Source: a virus (taxonomy: Duplodnaviria > Caudoviricetes). Taken from it: a DNA stretch of 25,275 nt. A model generated the notes under the pieces. It was given only the letters and a program-made list of their open reading frames with translations. It was not told where the DNA came from and ran no database searches. The DNA lies in the IMG/VR virus record IMGVR_UViG_3300020043_003632, positions 1-25,275 of that record; one strand, 5' to 3'. Made by a program: the position numbers and the translations under genes. Below are positions 9,183 through 16,632 of this stretch, one piece after another. How positions within the stretch are numbered: the first letter of the stretch is position 1; the number at the start of each line of letters is the position of its first letter.

Positions 9183-9324
9183 TAATTGGAAAACGACCAC
9201 TTTAGGGCTTGTAATTCTTGCCGTGGGATTTGGATTCGTTTGGTTTGAGAAAATAACAATGCCTGAATTTACCGCATTTTTAAGCGGTGGTTTGGCTTTA
9301 TTAATTGCAAAAGACGGAAAATGA
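9154..9324 (+). CDS. Putative holin (56 aa, not in the supplied ORF track)
   Basis: Hand translation: MKEIKQRIFDNWKTTTLGLVILAVGFGFVWFEKITMPEFTAFLSGGLALLIAKDGK. Two TM segments; stop overlaps the endolysin ATG. Confidence 0.7.
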   Translation: MKEIKQRIFDNWKTTTLGLVILAVGFGFVWFEKITMPEFTAFLSGGLALLIAKDGK

Positions 9325-9947
9325 AAATAATTCAAGTACCTTTTAAGGATTATTACCACGAGGAAACAACTAAGAACCAAGTGTATTTACACCATACGGC
9401 GGGTACTGGCAGCGGTGACCAAGTTTACAAGTGGTGGGGTGCTGACAAACCACGGGTGGCCACTTGCGTAATTATCGACCGAGATGGTACCATTAAGCAA
9501 GGTTTCGACTCAAAGTATTGGGCCTATCATTTAGGATTAGGCAACGCCCATTTTAAAAATGAAGGCATCGCTTATCGCAATTTGGACAAAACATCAATAG
9601 GAATCGAGATAATTGGATGGGGTTGGGTTACCAAAAAAGGCACAAAGTATTTGACTTATGTTAATTCAGAAGTAAACGCCGAGGATGTGGTAACCTTAGA
9701 TAAGCCTTTTCGTGGGTTTAAGCACTGGCACAAATACACTCAGGCGCAAATCGATGCGGTCGTTGACTTGTTAAAGTTGTGGAAAGAGCGTTACGGAATC
9801 GATATTTCATACAATGAGGACATTTGGGATGTGACCCCAAGGGCTTTAAGTGGCGAGAATGGTGTTTTTACGCATTGTAGCGTAAGAAAAGACAAGTTCG
9901 ATGTGTTTCCCCAAGCCGAATTAATAGAGGCCCTAAAATCGCTTTAA
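9321..9947 (+). CDS. Endolysin, N-acetylmuramoyl-L-alanine amidase (Amidase_2 family)
   Basis: VYLHHTAG, WAYHLG, SIGIEI, TQAQIDA and THCSV..DK.D zinc amidase motifs. Confidence 0.85.
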   Translation: MKIIQVPFKDYYHEETTKNQVYLHHTAGTGSGDQVYKWWGADKPRVATCVIIDRDGTIKQGFDSKYWAYHLGLGNAHFKNEGIAYRNLDKTSIGIEIIGWGWVTKKGTKYLTYVNSEVNAEDVVTLDKPFRGFKHWHKYTQAQIDAVVDLLKLWKERYGIDISYNEDIWDVTPRALSGENGVFTHCSVRKDKFDVFPQAELIEALKSL

Positions 9948-9961
9948 GTTCATTCATTAGT

Positions 9962-9998
9962 AAAAAGAGGCCATTCACAAAGTTTTTGGTCTTTTTTT
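9962..9998 (+). terminator. Probable terminator ending the late/lysis transcript
   Basis: AAAAAGAGGCCA...TGGTC followed by T7. Imperfect stem with a large loop. Confidence 0.5.
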
Positions 9999-10017
9999 AC
10001 CCTTTCTTGTATTTTAT

Positions 10018-10049
10018 TTTGTGAATATAAAAAGTAGGTTGTATCATTG
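10018..10049 (+). promoter_or_regulatory. Bacteroidota housekeeping-type promoter (TTTG-N20-TATCATTG)
   Basis: One mismatch to the TAnnTTTG -7 box, upstream TTTG present, ATG 4 nt downstream. Confidence 0.55.
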
Positions 10050-10053
10050 TACT

Positions 10054-10275
10054 ATGAAATTTGAAATAACGCATATAACAATGACCTATGCACCTCAAGG
10101 GGGCTACATCATTAAGGGTATCGTAAACAACCAAAACGTAACCGCCCACACCAACGATAGCGAGGTTTACGATTGGTATGCAGATGATAAGGAAGCCGAA
10201 TTGCACGAAGAGGCAGTGATGCTATGCGAAACAAAACTAATGCAGTCGTACGTTAGCGATAACAACAAAGGATGA
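10054..10275 (+). CDS. Hypothetical early protein
   Basis: Start set at ATG 10054, after the promoter box. ATGA-coupled to the next gene. Confidence 0.55.
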   Translation: MKFEITHITMTYAPQGGYIIKGIVNNQNVTAHTNDSEVYDWYADDKEAELHEEAVMLCETKLMQSYVSDNNKG

Positions 10276-10523
10276 AAACTAAACCAAGTCTAAACCTTAC
10301 CAGTTCTGCCATTATCGTAAGCGTGTGGCATTACTCGGCTACCTATTCCCGTAAGGAATTAAATGCCTTAATTAAGAAATATTTTGCCGAATTAGCGCAC
10401 TTTAAGGGCGGCGAAGTTGATTTTGATATTATGTATGTGTTTTACCGATTTGACCTAATCGATATAATTGATGACTGCATTACATATTACGATTTAGAAC
10501 CAATAACAATAGAGCAAATATGA
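10272..10523 (+). CDS. Hypothetical protein
   Basis: 83 aa with ATGA overlaps at both ends. Confidence 0.55.
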   Translation: MKTKPSLNLTSSAIIVSVWHYSATYSRKELNALIKKYFAELAHFKGGEVDFDIMYVFYRFDLIDIIDDCITYYDLEPITIEQI

Positions 10524-10663
10524 ACACACCAATAGTTTTCGCCATCTTTATTATAGGATGCCTGACAATAACGGCTTTTGTAGCCCTTGCAATTTACTTG
10601 GCTTTCTTCTACAAAGAAACGCCTAACACTTGGAACATTAAAAAACAAAACAATGCTAACTAA
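10520..10663 (+). CDS. Small single-pass membrane protein (47 aa, not in the supplied ORF track)
   Basis: Hand translation: MNTPIVFAIFIIGCLTITAFVALAIYLAFFYKETPNTWNIKKQNNAN. Fills the gap and has an ATGA overlap. Confidence 0.6.
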   Translation: MNTPIVFAIFIIGCLTITAFVALAIYLAFFYKETPNTWNIKKQNNAN

Positions 10664-10874
10664 CCTAATTGAAGCCATCAAAAAAGGGGATATTGACAAC
10701 CTCGAAGTAATCGTATCCATTATGGAAGCCGATGAATCATTAACCCGTACCGAATTAGATTTAGCGTATCAAAATGGGCGTGTGGATGTCCTGAACGGAG
10801 CGTATAAAAAGTCATATTCAGACTGGAAATACCCCAAAAATAACGAGGGCAATATTTCGGATTCACAAAAATAA
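10653..10874 (+). CDS. Hypothetical protein
   Basis: Start set at ATG 10653 after an A-rich leader. Contains AYQNGR. Confidence 0.55.
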   Translation: MLTNLIEAIKKGDIDNLEVIVSIMEADESLTRTELDLAYQNGRVDVLNGAYKKSYSDWKYPKNNEGNISDSQK

Positions 10875-10878
10875 AAGT

Positions 10879-10886
10879 TATATTTG
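10879..10886 (+). promoter_or_regulatory. Bacteroidota -7 promoter box TATATTTG
   Basis: Consensus match in an intergenic gap, 5 nt before ATG 10892. Confidence 0.65.
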
Positions 10887-10891
10887 CATTA

Positions 10892-11101
10892 ATGGATACA
10901 CACGAAGCAATGCACGACTTACTCAGTAATTTTACCAATACGCAATTGGTGGAAATGACTGGCATCAACTATTACACGGTCGCAAGTTGGCGGTTTAAAT
11001 TTAACTGCAATCAACTTTCAATGGAAAAACAAATCCAAATTTTAATGAAATTACACTACACACCAATACAAAATCTATTATGGAAAAAACAAGCAAAGTA
11101 A
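10892..11101 (+). CDS. Small HTH DNA-binding protein (Cro/XRE-like)
   Basis: TNTQLVEMTGINYYTVASWR helix-turn-helix pattern. Confidence 0.55.
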   Translation: MDTHEAMHDLLSNFTNTQLVEMTGINYYTVASWRFKFNCNQLSMEKQIQILMKLHYTPIQNLLWKKQAK

Positions 11102-11601
11102 CCCAAGTCGCTGGAGTAGGCTCTTGGAATGGTCAGTACGGAATTATGTACAAGTTCGAAGTATCGTTTGAGAATGGCGATATGGGGCAGTATTTAAGCA
11201 AGTCAATCGACCAAAACAAATTTAAGCAAGGCGTTGAGGCCACCTACACAATCGAAGGCAAAGAGTTTAACGGCCAAACTTTCTACACGGTTAAACCAGT
11301 AATGGCGCAGCAACAAGCCTTTCAAGGTGGCGGAAAACCCGCTTACCAAAAGGACCCTGAAACCGATAAACGCATTACCAGAATGTCGGTGTTGAAAGTT
11401 GCCACGGATTTGGTCGTTCACGGACACGTTAAATTGTACGACCTAACCAAAGTAGCCCAAATATTTGAGCGGTTCGTTATGACTGGCGAAGATACCATTA
11501 CGGCTATGTACGGAGCGGCACAACCCAAGAACAATATCGCCACGTCATTTATGAATGATGCGATAGACCAAGCACAAAACAATAACGATTTACCCTTTTA
11601 A
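11080..11601 (+). CDS. Putative single-stranded DNA-binding protein
   Basis: Beta-rich OB-like N-terminus, Q/G linker, and C-terminal DLPF tip typical of SSBs. Confidence 0.55.
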   Translation: MEKTSKVTQVAGVGSWNGQYGIMYKFEVSFENGDMGQYLSKSIDQNKFKQGVEATYTIEGKEFNGQTFYTVKPVMAQQQAFQGGGKPAYQKDPETDKRITRMSVLKVATDLVVHGHVKLYDLTKVAQIFERFVMTGEDTITAMYGAAQPKNNIATSFMNDAIDQAQNNNDLPF

Positions 11602-11612
11602 ATAAAGCACAA

Positions 11613-12026
11613 ATGACATTTCAGGAAATAATTGAAGCGGTGGAGGTGCATAGCATCTCCGCAAAGAACGGGAACGCTAACCCGTTGGATGTTTACATCG
11701 AGTTGAAAAACTTGGAATCCCACGTTAAATACTGCAAAGATTTGGTGCAACTAAACGCACTGGATGAGGCGGAAAAATACAAGGGCCAAAGTTACCTTGG
11801 TTACGACATCGACGTGCGTTCGGTAGGTGGAAGGTACACTTATGACCATATCGATGAAATAACGGCCCTAAAAGAGCAAATAAAGGACCTTGAGAAGTTG
11901 GCTCAAGATTCGTATCGAATGAGCAATAAGGGTTCAATAATGATGAATATGGAAACGGGGGAGGTAACTGCCCCCGCCCATTACAAAGAAGGTCCAACGG
12001 CTATAATTTTAAAACTGCGCAAATGA
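11613..12026 (+). CDS. Hypothetical phage protein
   Basis: 137 aa with coiled-coil segments and NMETGEV. Confidence 0.65.
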   Translation: MTFQEIIEAVEVHSISAKNGNANPLDVYIELKNLESHVKYCKDLVQLNALDEAEKYKGQSYLGYDIDVRSVGGRYTYDHIDEITALKEQIKDLEKLAQDSYRMSNKGSIMMNMETGEVTAPAHYKEGPTAIILKLRK

Positions 12027-12373
12027 ACAAACTAATTAAAGTAAGGGTGGCCGACATTTTATTGCGCCACCCCTCGACTAAGGATAGCGACCGTGAATTA
12101 ATAGTGCGCTACTGGAAGCAAGAAGTGGCCGATATGCAAGATGCGGCACGGGAAAAATTACAATCAATGCCGTATTTTACATTTGATTCGTTCTTGGCTT
12201 CATTTATGACGGGCGGCTTTGAGCATCCTGATAGCATCACAAGGGCAAGGCGGCAATGTCAAGAGCATTACCCACACCTAAGAGGTGCAAAGTATTTGGA
12301 ACGCTTAGAAAGGCAGAAACAAGTTAAAAAGGATTTAGGCTATGACGTGGAAGGCGGCGGATTTACACCTTAG
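12023..12373 (+). CDS. Hypothetical phage protein
   Basis: 116 aa containing SITRARRQCQEHYPHLRG; ATGA-coupled. Confidence 0.65.
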   Translation: MNKLIKVRVADILLRHPSTKDSDRELIVRYWKQEVADMQDAAREKLQSMPYFTFDSFLASFMTGGFEHPDSITRARRQCQEHYPHLRGAKYLERLERQKQVKKDLGYDVEGGGFTP

Positions 12374-12599
12374 GCATTGTAAAAAGTGCGGAGTATTGAC
12401 CCCAAGGGAGGGATTTTACCCCCGAAACGATGGGTACTTTAATTTAATTTGTAAGGTGTGTATTAAAATAAGGGAAAGAGCGCACCTTGAAAAAATGAAA
12501 AAGAACCTACTTTGGCGGTGGCAAAAGAGCGAAAACACAAAAGCGTATATAAAAAGGAAAAAAGCAAATGAATCAACACCGATTTGTCCGACTGATTAA
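12342..12599 (+). CDS. Putative zinc-finger protein
   Basis: CKKC...FY...CKVC followed by a basic helix. Confidence 0.55.
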   Translation: MTWKAADLHLRHCKKCGVLTPREGFYPRNDGYFNLICKVCIKIRERAHLEKMKKNLLWRWQKSENTKAYIKRKKANESTPICPTD

Positions 12600-12771
12600 G
12601 TTAATGCACCTACTGGAAGCAAAGCCAAGGAAACTGCACACGATGACCAGGTACCTAAACGTAAGCGAACGCACAACATACCGATACATTGAGTGCTTTC
12701 GTGAAATTGGATACGAGGTTATCAAGTCAAAAGATTTAACTTATACCTTAAAGAAAGAAAAATGCCAGTAG
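12568..12771 (+). CDS. Winged-HTH protein (HTH_11-like)
   Basis: RLIKLMHLL...YLNVSERTTYRYIECFREIGYEV. Confidence 0.7.
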   Translation: MNQHRFVRLIKLMHLLEAKPRKLHTMTRYLNVSERTTYRYIECFREIGYEVIKSKDLTYTLKKEKCQ

Positions 12772-13391
12772 TAGAACAAAAAGTATTTGAGCAATACGAA
12801 TATCACGATTATCTTATAACAATAGAAGACTGTTGGGGTGGTCCATCATTAAAAGGAACTGCCGTACCTACAAAGTATTCCCATTTGATTCAAGACGAAA
12901 TGGATATAATGATGTCAGATGATATATTTGAGGCTAATGGTATTGAAAGATATGAGAAAGTATTTGACGAAGAGCAAAAAGAAGTTGTAGAGGTGGATTT
13001 AATTCCAATGATACTTTTTGACGCTGAAACTACTATTGTTTGGCTTTCAGACGTTAAGGTTGAATCCGCATCCTCGGTTTTAAGTTTTATTGTAAATGAA
13101 CTTAACTGGTTGCTTGATTTAAAACCAAAAACAATTGTTTTAAAATTGATATACAAAAAAAGCATTACGCCCAAAGTATCAAAAAACAAACGTGGATTTA
13201 ATCAGGTGGCTTGGTCATCTATGGTAAAATTGAGGGATGGCAAATGTACAAAGTGTAGCAGCGTTTATGATTTACACGCTCACCACATAGAAGCATTTAA
13301 AGATAATGAGGCTTTGAGGTATGATGTAAACAACGGCGTTACTTTATGTGGGCAATGCCATCGAGAATATCACAAGAAAAACGGAAAATAA
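12762..13391 (+). CDS. HNH endonuclease with acidic N-terminal domain
   Basis: RDGKCTKC..LHAHHI...NGVTLCGQCHREYH. Confidence 0.8.
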   Translation: MPVVEQKVFEQYEYHDYLITIEDCWGGPSLKGTAVPTKYSHLIQDEMDIMMSDDIFEANGIERYEKVFDEEQKEVVEVDLIPMILFDAETTIVWLSDVKVESASSVLSFIVNELNWLLDLKPKTIVLKLIYKKSITPKVSKNKRGFNQVAWSSMVKLRDGKCTKCSSVYDLHAHHIEAFKDNEALRYDVNNGVTLCGQCHREYHKKNGK

Positions 13392-13394
13392 CCC

Positions 13395-13402
13395 TATATT
13401 TG
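13395..13402 (+). promoter_or_regulatory. Bacteroidota -7 promoter box TATATTTG (would drive a short non-coding unit)
   Basis: Consensus match immediately after the HNH stop. Confidence 0.5.
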
Positions 13403-13406
13403 TGGG

Positions 13407-13467
13407 CTTTATTTCCTGACTTTTGTGTTGAAATTGGGCAACGATGAGAGGTTGTTGCCCTTTTTTT
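13407..13467 (+). ncRNA. Candidate ~60-nt small RNA
   Basis: Bounded by a promoter box and a terminator, with no complete ORF inside. Confidence 0.4.
13436..13467 (+). terminator. Rho-independent terminator
   Basis: GGGCAACGAT-gagag-GTTGTTGCCC followed by T7. Confidence 0.85.
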
Positions 13468-13469
13468 AT

Positions 13470-13477
13470 TATATTTG
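13470..13477 (+). promoter_or_regulatory. Bacteroidota -7 promoter box TATATTTG for the replication operon
   Basis: Consensus match directly after the terminator, ~100 nt upstream of ATG 13579. Confidence 0.65.
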
Positions 13478-13488
13478 TAGAGTATTAT

Positions 13489-13578
13489 TTGGAGTGTAAG
13501 AGATTCCAATGTTTAAAAGATATTTGCCCGTTGGGTTTGTGTGTACTCTTACTACCACAAACTCGATGGGCTTTTTTT
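13489..13578 (+). promoter_or_regulatory. Structured RNA leader: two hairpins with complementary loops, the second terminator-like
   Basis: Hairpin 13489-13509 (loop GTAAGAG) and hairpin 13526-13571 (loop CTCTTAC), then T7 and ATG. Confidence 0.75.
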
Positions 13579-14271
13579 ATGGCAGAAAACAAAAAATCTT
13601 TTCTCTTGTATTGCGACCAACAAGGGATATTTAACCAACTACCCGATGAAATAGCGGGGCGATTAATTAAGCACATATTCGCATATGTGAACGACGAGGA
13701 ACCAGTAACCGATGAACTAATCGTGAATATTGCGTTTGAACCAATCAAGCAACAATTAAAGCGTGATTTGGTAAAGTACAATCAATTCGTTGATAAACAA
13801 CGGGATAACGGCTTAAAAGGTGGCCGACCAAAGAAACCCAACGAAACCCAAAAAACCCAAGCCTTTACGGAAGAACCCAAAAAAGCCGATAATGTTAATG
13901 TTAATGTAACTGATAATGTTAATGTAAATGAAATAGATATAAAAAGAGATAAATCTCTTGTGGTGGATGGGAACGAAATTTTTTATGAAGATGCCTTTAA
14001 TCAGGTTTGGAAGGCTTACAATTATTCAAGTACACGCCAAGCGGGAAGCAAAGCGAAAGCGTTGGCCAAGTGGATGAAATTGAGTAACGATGATATTTTG
14101 GCAATTCGAACCCATTTACCCAAATTTATAAAAGCCCACGTCGAAGCGAAAAAAACCGAGTTTTTCCCCGACTTTACAACGTACCTGAATGGGCGGCGGT
14201 TTGAGGATGAAAAAATGCCCTACGCCACGAACCAAGCGAAAGGCGATGACTTTTTAAATAAATTTGTATGA
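13579..14271 (+). CDS. Phage replication initiator (DUF6291-like N-terminus, lambda O-like architecture)
   Basis: KKSFLLY..., NGLKGGRPKK, repetitive linker, FNQVWKAY...KAKALAKW...TYLNGRRFEDE C-terminal domain. Start reassigned from 13444. Confidence 0.75.
   Translation: MAENKKSFLLYCDQQGIFNQLPDEIAGRLIKHIFAYVNDEEPVTDELIVNIAFEPIKQQLKRDLVKYNQFVDKQRDNGLKGGRPKKPNETQKTQAFTEEPKKADNVNVNVTDNVNVNEIDIKRDKSLVVDGNEIFYEDAFNQVWKAYNYSSTRQAGSKAKALAKWMKLSNDDILAIRTHLPKFIKAHVEAKKTEFFPDFTTYLNGRRFEDEKMPYATNQAKGDDFLNKFV
13831..13959 (+). repeat. Iteron-like repeats and AT-rich tract within the initiator gene (putative origin)
   Basis: Four AACCCAA copies, then tandem AATGT(T/A) repeats, then inverted repeat AAGAGAT-AA-ATCTCTT. 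Confidence 0.55.
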
Positions 14272-14900
14272 GGGTTTTAATAGCGTGTGAATATAGCGGA
14301 GCGGTTCGTGATGAGTTTATAAAACTTGGACACGATGCGATGAGTTGCGACCTTTTGCCCACCGATGTACCTGGTCCGCATTATGAGGGGGATGTTTTTG
14401 ATATTATAAATGATGGATGGGATTTAATGATTGCGTTTCCCCCGTGTACGCATTTGGCCGTAAGTGGAGCGGCTTGGTTTGAAGCAAAAAGAAAAGATGG
14501 AAGACAACAAGAAGGTTTAGATTTTGTTAAAAGACTAATGTTGTCAGAAATTGACAAAATTGCGATTGAAAACCCAATGGGAATTATAAGTACTAACATA
14601 AGACCTCACGACCAAGTTATACAGCCGTATCAATTTGGTGACCCTTTCCAAAAGTCTACTTGTTTATGGCTTAAAAACTTGCCAAAATTAACACCTACTA
14701 ACATTGTTGGTAAAGGGGAGTTTAAGGAGTGGGTTGATAAAAAGACAGGCAAAAAGAAAAGACAACCTCTTTGGTTTTTTGAGGCTTTATCTCAAGGCGA
14801 TTTAAGATGGAAAATAAGAAGCCAAACATTTCCTGGTATTGCCAAAGCAATGGCAGACCAATGGAGTAGGCCAGGAATTATTCAAGGAAAATTATTTTGA
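14268..14900 (+). CDS. DNA (cytosine-5) methyltransferase-like protein, short phage type
   Basis: VLIACEYSG SAM-binding start, FPPCTHL catalytic motif, ENP, RSQTFPGIAKAMADQW. Confidence 0.75.
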   Translation: MRVLIACEYSGAVRDEFIKLGHDAMSCDLLPTDVPGPHYEGDVFDIINDGWDLMIAFPPCTHLAVSGAAWFEAKRKDGRQQEGLDFVKRLMLSEIDKIAIENPMGIISTNIRPHDQVIQPYQFGDPFQKSTCLWLKNLPKLTPTNIVGKGEFKEWVDKKTGKKKRQPLWFFEALSQGDLRWKIRSQTFPGIAKAMADQWSRPGIIQGKLF

Positions 14901-14926
14901 TTTTACAAAATAAAAAACAATATTTG
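14896..14926 (+). promoter_or_regulatory. Bacteroidota-type promoter (TTTG-N19-AATATTTG)
   Basis: One mismatch in the -7 box, 4 nt before ATG 14931. Confidence 0.5.
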
Positions 14927-14930
14927 CACA

Positions 14931-15548
14931 ATGGAAACGAATTATATACTGGAAACCCCCGACATAGATTTGGCAATGGTCGTTAAGCGATTCTGCGACT
15001 TGTCGGAAATAGAACCACCGAGGCAAGGGGTGGAATTTATAGCATTGCTAAAATTAGGCTTTGGCCGATACCCGTTTGAAACTTTGGAAAATGCATTTAC
15101 GCATTGGATGGTCAACAAAACGGATATTAGACCCGTTAAGATTTGCAATATAAAGTGGATTTCAGACGTTTTAAATGATTATATTGAGCGGAACGCCCAT
15201 ACTATTAAAAAGAAACCAAAGTACCCGCAAATGGCGTTAGAATCGCCCAAGGAAGAACCCGTGGATTATATGAGCGTAGCCCGTAGGATGTTTGCAATAA
15301 TTGAGGCGGACCATAAAGCAACCATATTCCCCTCGGTTTTTGCAAGTGCTTGGGATTCTTTACCGCCCACGATGGTCGAAGAGTCCGAGTATTTTAGGTA
15401 TTTGGAACTGATTGAAAATAGGGAAGCCTATCAGGTGATACGTTCAACAATGTTGATAGGAAAGCACAAGGTAAAACGTGACAAATTAAATCAAGACATA
15501 ATCGAAAAAGCCGCTTCAATGATGGCATATTTAAAAACACAATGTTAA
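14931..15548 (+). CDS. Hypothetical protein (position suggests replication accessory/helicase loader)
   Basis: 205 aa helical ORF in the replication module. Function inferred from position only. Confidence 0.55.
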   Translation: METNYILETPDIDLAMVVKRFCDLSEIEPPRQGVEFIALLKLGFGRYPFETLENAFTHWMVNKTDIRPVKICNIKWISDVLNDYIERNAHTIKKKPKYPQMALESPKEEPVDYMSVARRMFAIIEADHKATIFPSVFASAWDSLPPTMVEESEYFRYLELIENREAYQVIRSTMLIGKHKVKRDKLNQDIIEKAASMMAYLKTQC

Positions 15549-16042
15549 CACCAACTACGGATTTTTACGCCGAATACTTAAAGATAAAGGCGAAAAGCAC
15601 ACGGGATTCTAACGCCCAAACAAGACAAATTGAAGCCCTCCAAAACGAACTTGCGACCCTTAGGGTAAAACATCGTAAAGAAGTAGGTCAATTGCGTATG
15701 GAAATAATAAACCTAAGGCGGGATGAAATGACCAATTTTGATGCGCAATACTTGATTGATTCCAAACGTATGATATTTAAGGTCGCTGAATTTGTTGGGT
15801 GTTCATACGATGATTTAATTGGAAAGTGGCGAATGAGGGAAGTGGTAACCGCAAGGCATATTTTATTTCACTATTTCCGTTATAAGATGGGAATGAAGTT
15901 AAATCAAATTGGGGTATTATTTGAGCGTGACCATTCAACGGTTATACACGGCGTTCGGAAGGTTCAGGAATTTATAGACAACCCAAAGTATTACAAACAA
16001 GAAAACATTTTAATAGAAAAAATTTACGGAGGTAACAAATGA
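15542..16042 (+). CDS. Protein with DnaA C-terminal (domain IV-like) HTH
   Basis: R.REVVTARH...LNQIG..F.RDHSTVIHG motif after an N-terminal coiled coil. Confidence 0.8.
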   Translation: MLTPTTDFYAEYLKIKAKSTRDSNAQTRQIEALQNELATLRVKHRKEVGQLRMEIINLRRDEMTNFDAQYLIDSKRMIFKVAEFVGCSYDDLIGKWRMREVVTARHILFHYFRYKMGMKLNQIGVLFERDHSTVIHGVRKVQEFIDNPKYYKQENILIEKIYGGNK

Positions 16043-16078
16043 GCATCAAAACATTTTGATAACCAAATAAATAAAAAT

Positions 16079-16282
16079 ATGAGCATCAAAAAAAATAGTT
16101 GGAACGAGCAACACTTGACCCAAGGGCGGATGGTAGCATTTCGCCCTAAGTTATCCGACAAAACCCGCATAGGTCAGGTGGTACATTGCGATGGCAAAAC
16201 CGCAAAGGTGGAATTTGCCGAAGGCATCGAAGTAGTATTGGCCGATGATTTAACGCCGATTTTTAGCACGATAGCCCCGTGA
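16079..16282 (+). CDS. Hypothetical protein (small SH3/KOW-like barrel)
   Basis: 67 aa; G..V......IGQV....G..AKVEF pattern. Confidence 0.5.
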   Translation: MSIKKNSWNEQHLTQGRMVAFRPKLSDKTRIGQVVHCDGKTAKVEFAEGIEVVLADDLTPIFSTIAP

Positions 16283-16623
16283 GCGAAAGTAAACTACAAA
16301 TCGCAATGGTGAAGTGGTTTAGTTTTTTCTATCCCAAGCGTTATTTAATGGCTATTCCCAACGGGGGAAATCGTAGTCCGATTACTGGAGCCATTTTAAA
16401 AGCCGAGGGCGTAAGGGCGGGAGTTGCTGACTTGTTTTTGATGGAAGCCATTGCACCTTACCACGGGTTGTGGATTGAGGTTAAATTGGAAAAGGGTAGG
16501 CAGTCCGATAAGCAGAAAGAATTTCAGCAAATCGCAACGGATAAAGGCTACAAATACATAATTGTGCGCACAATGGACCAATTTAAGGATGGTGTTAATG
16601 ATTATTTACAAAATAAAATATAA
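16279..16623 (+). CDS. VRR-NUC domain nuclease
   Basis: ESKLQ, AIPNGG, GVRAGVADL, IEVK..KGRQS..QKEF. Confidence 0.85.
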   Translation: MSESKLQIAMVKWFSFFYPKRYLMAIPNGGNRSPITGAILKAEGVRAGVADLFLMEAIAPYHGLWIEVKLEKGRQSDKQKEFQQIATDKGYKYIIVRTMDQFKDGVNDYLQNKI

Positions 16624-16628
16624 CTTTG
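16621..16628 (+). promoter_or_regulatory. Bacteroidota -7 promoter box TAACTTTG for the sigma factor gene
   Basis: Consensus match 4 nt before GTG 16633. Confidence 0.6.
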
Positions 16629-16632
16629 AAGT

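Noticed and set aside
12534-12543. Second possible target (AACACAAAAG) of the candidate sRNA
   Set aside because: Low-complexity A-rich match that is not at a start codon and is expected by chance.
13444-13578. 45-codon N-terminal extension of the replication initiator in the ORF track
   Set aside because: It crosses a terminator, a promoter box and the structured leader. The recognisable domain starts at ATG 13579.
16339-16350. CGTTATTTA followed by ATG, a possible fourth late promoter
   Set aside because: It lies inside the VRR-NUC gene and lacks AAAC at the conserved spacing. Partial hits at 7090 and 21332 fail for the same reason.
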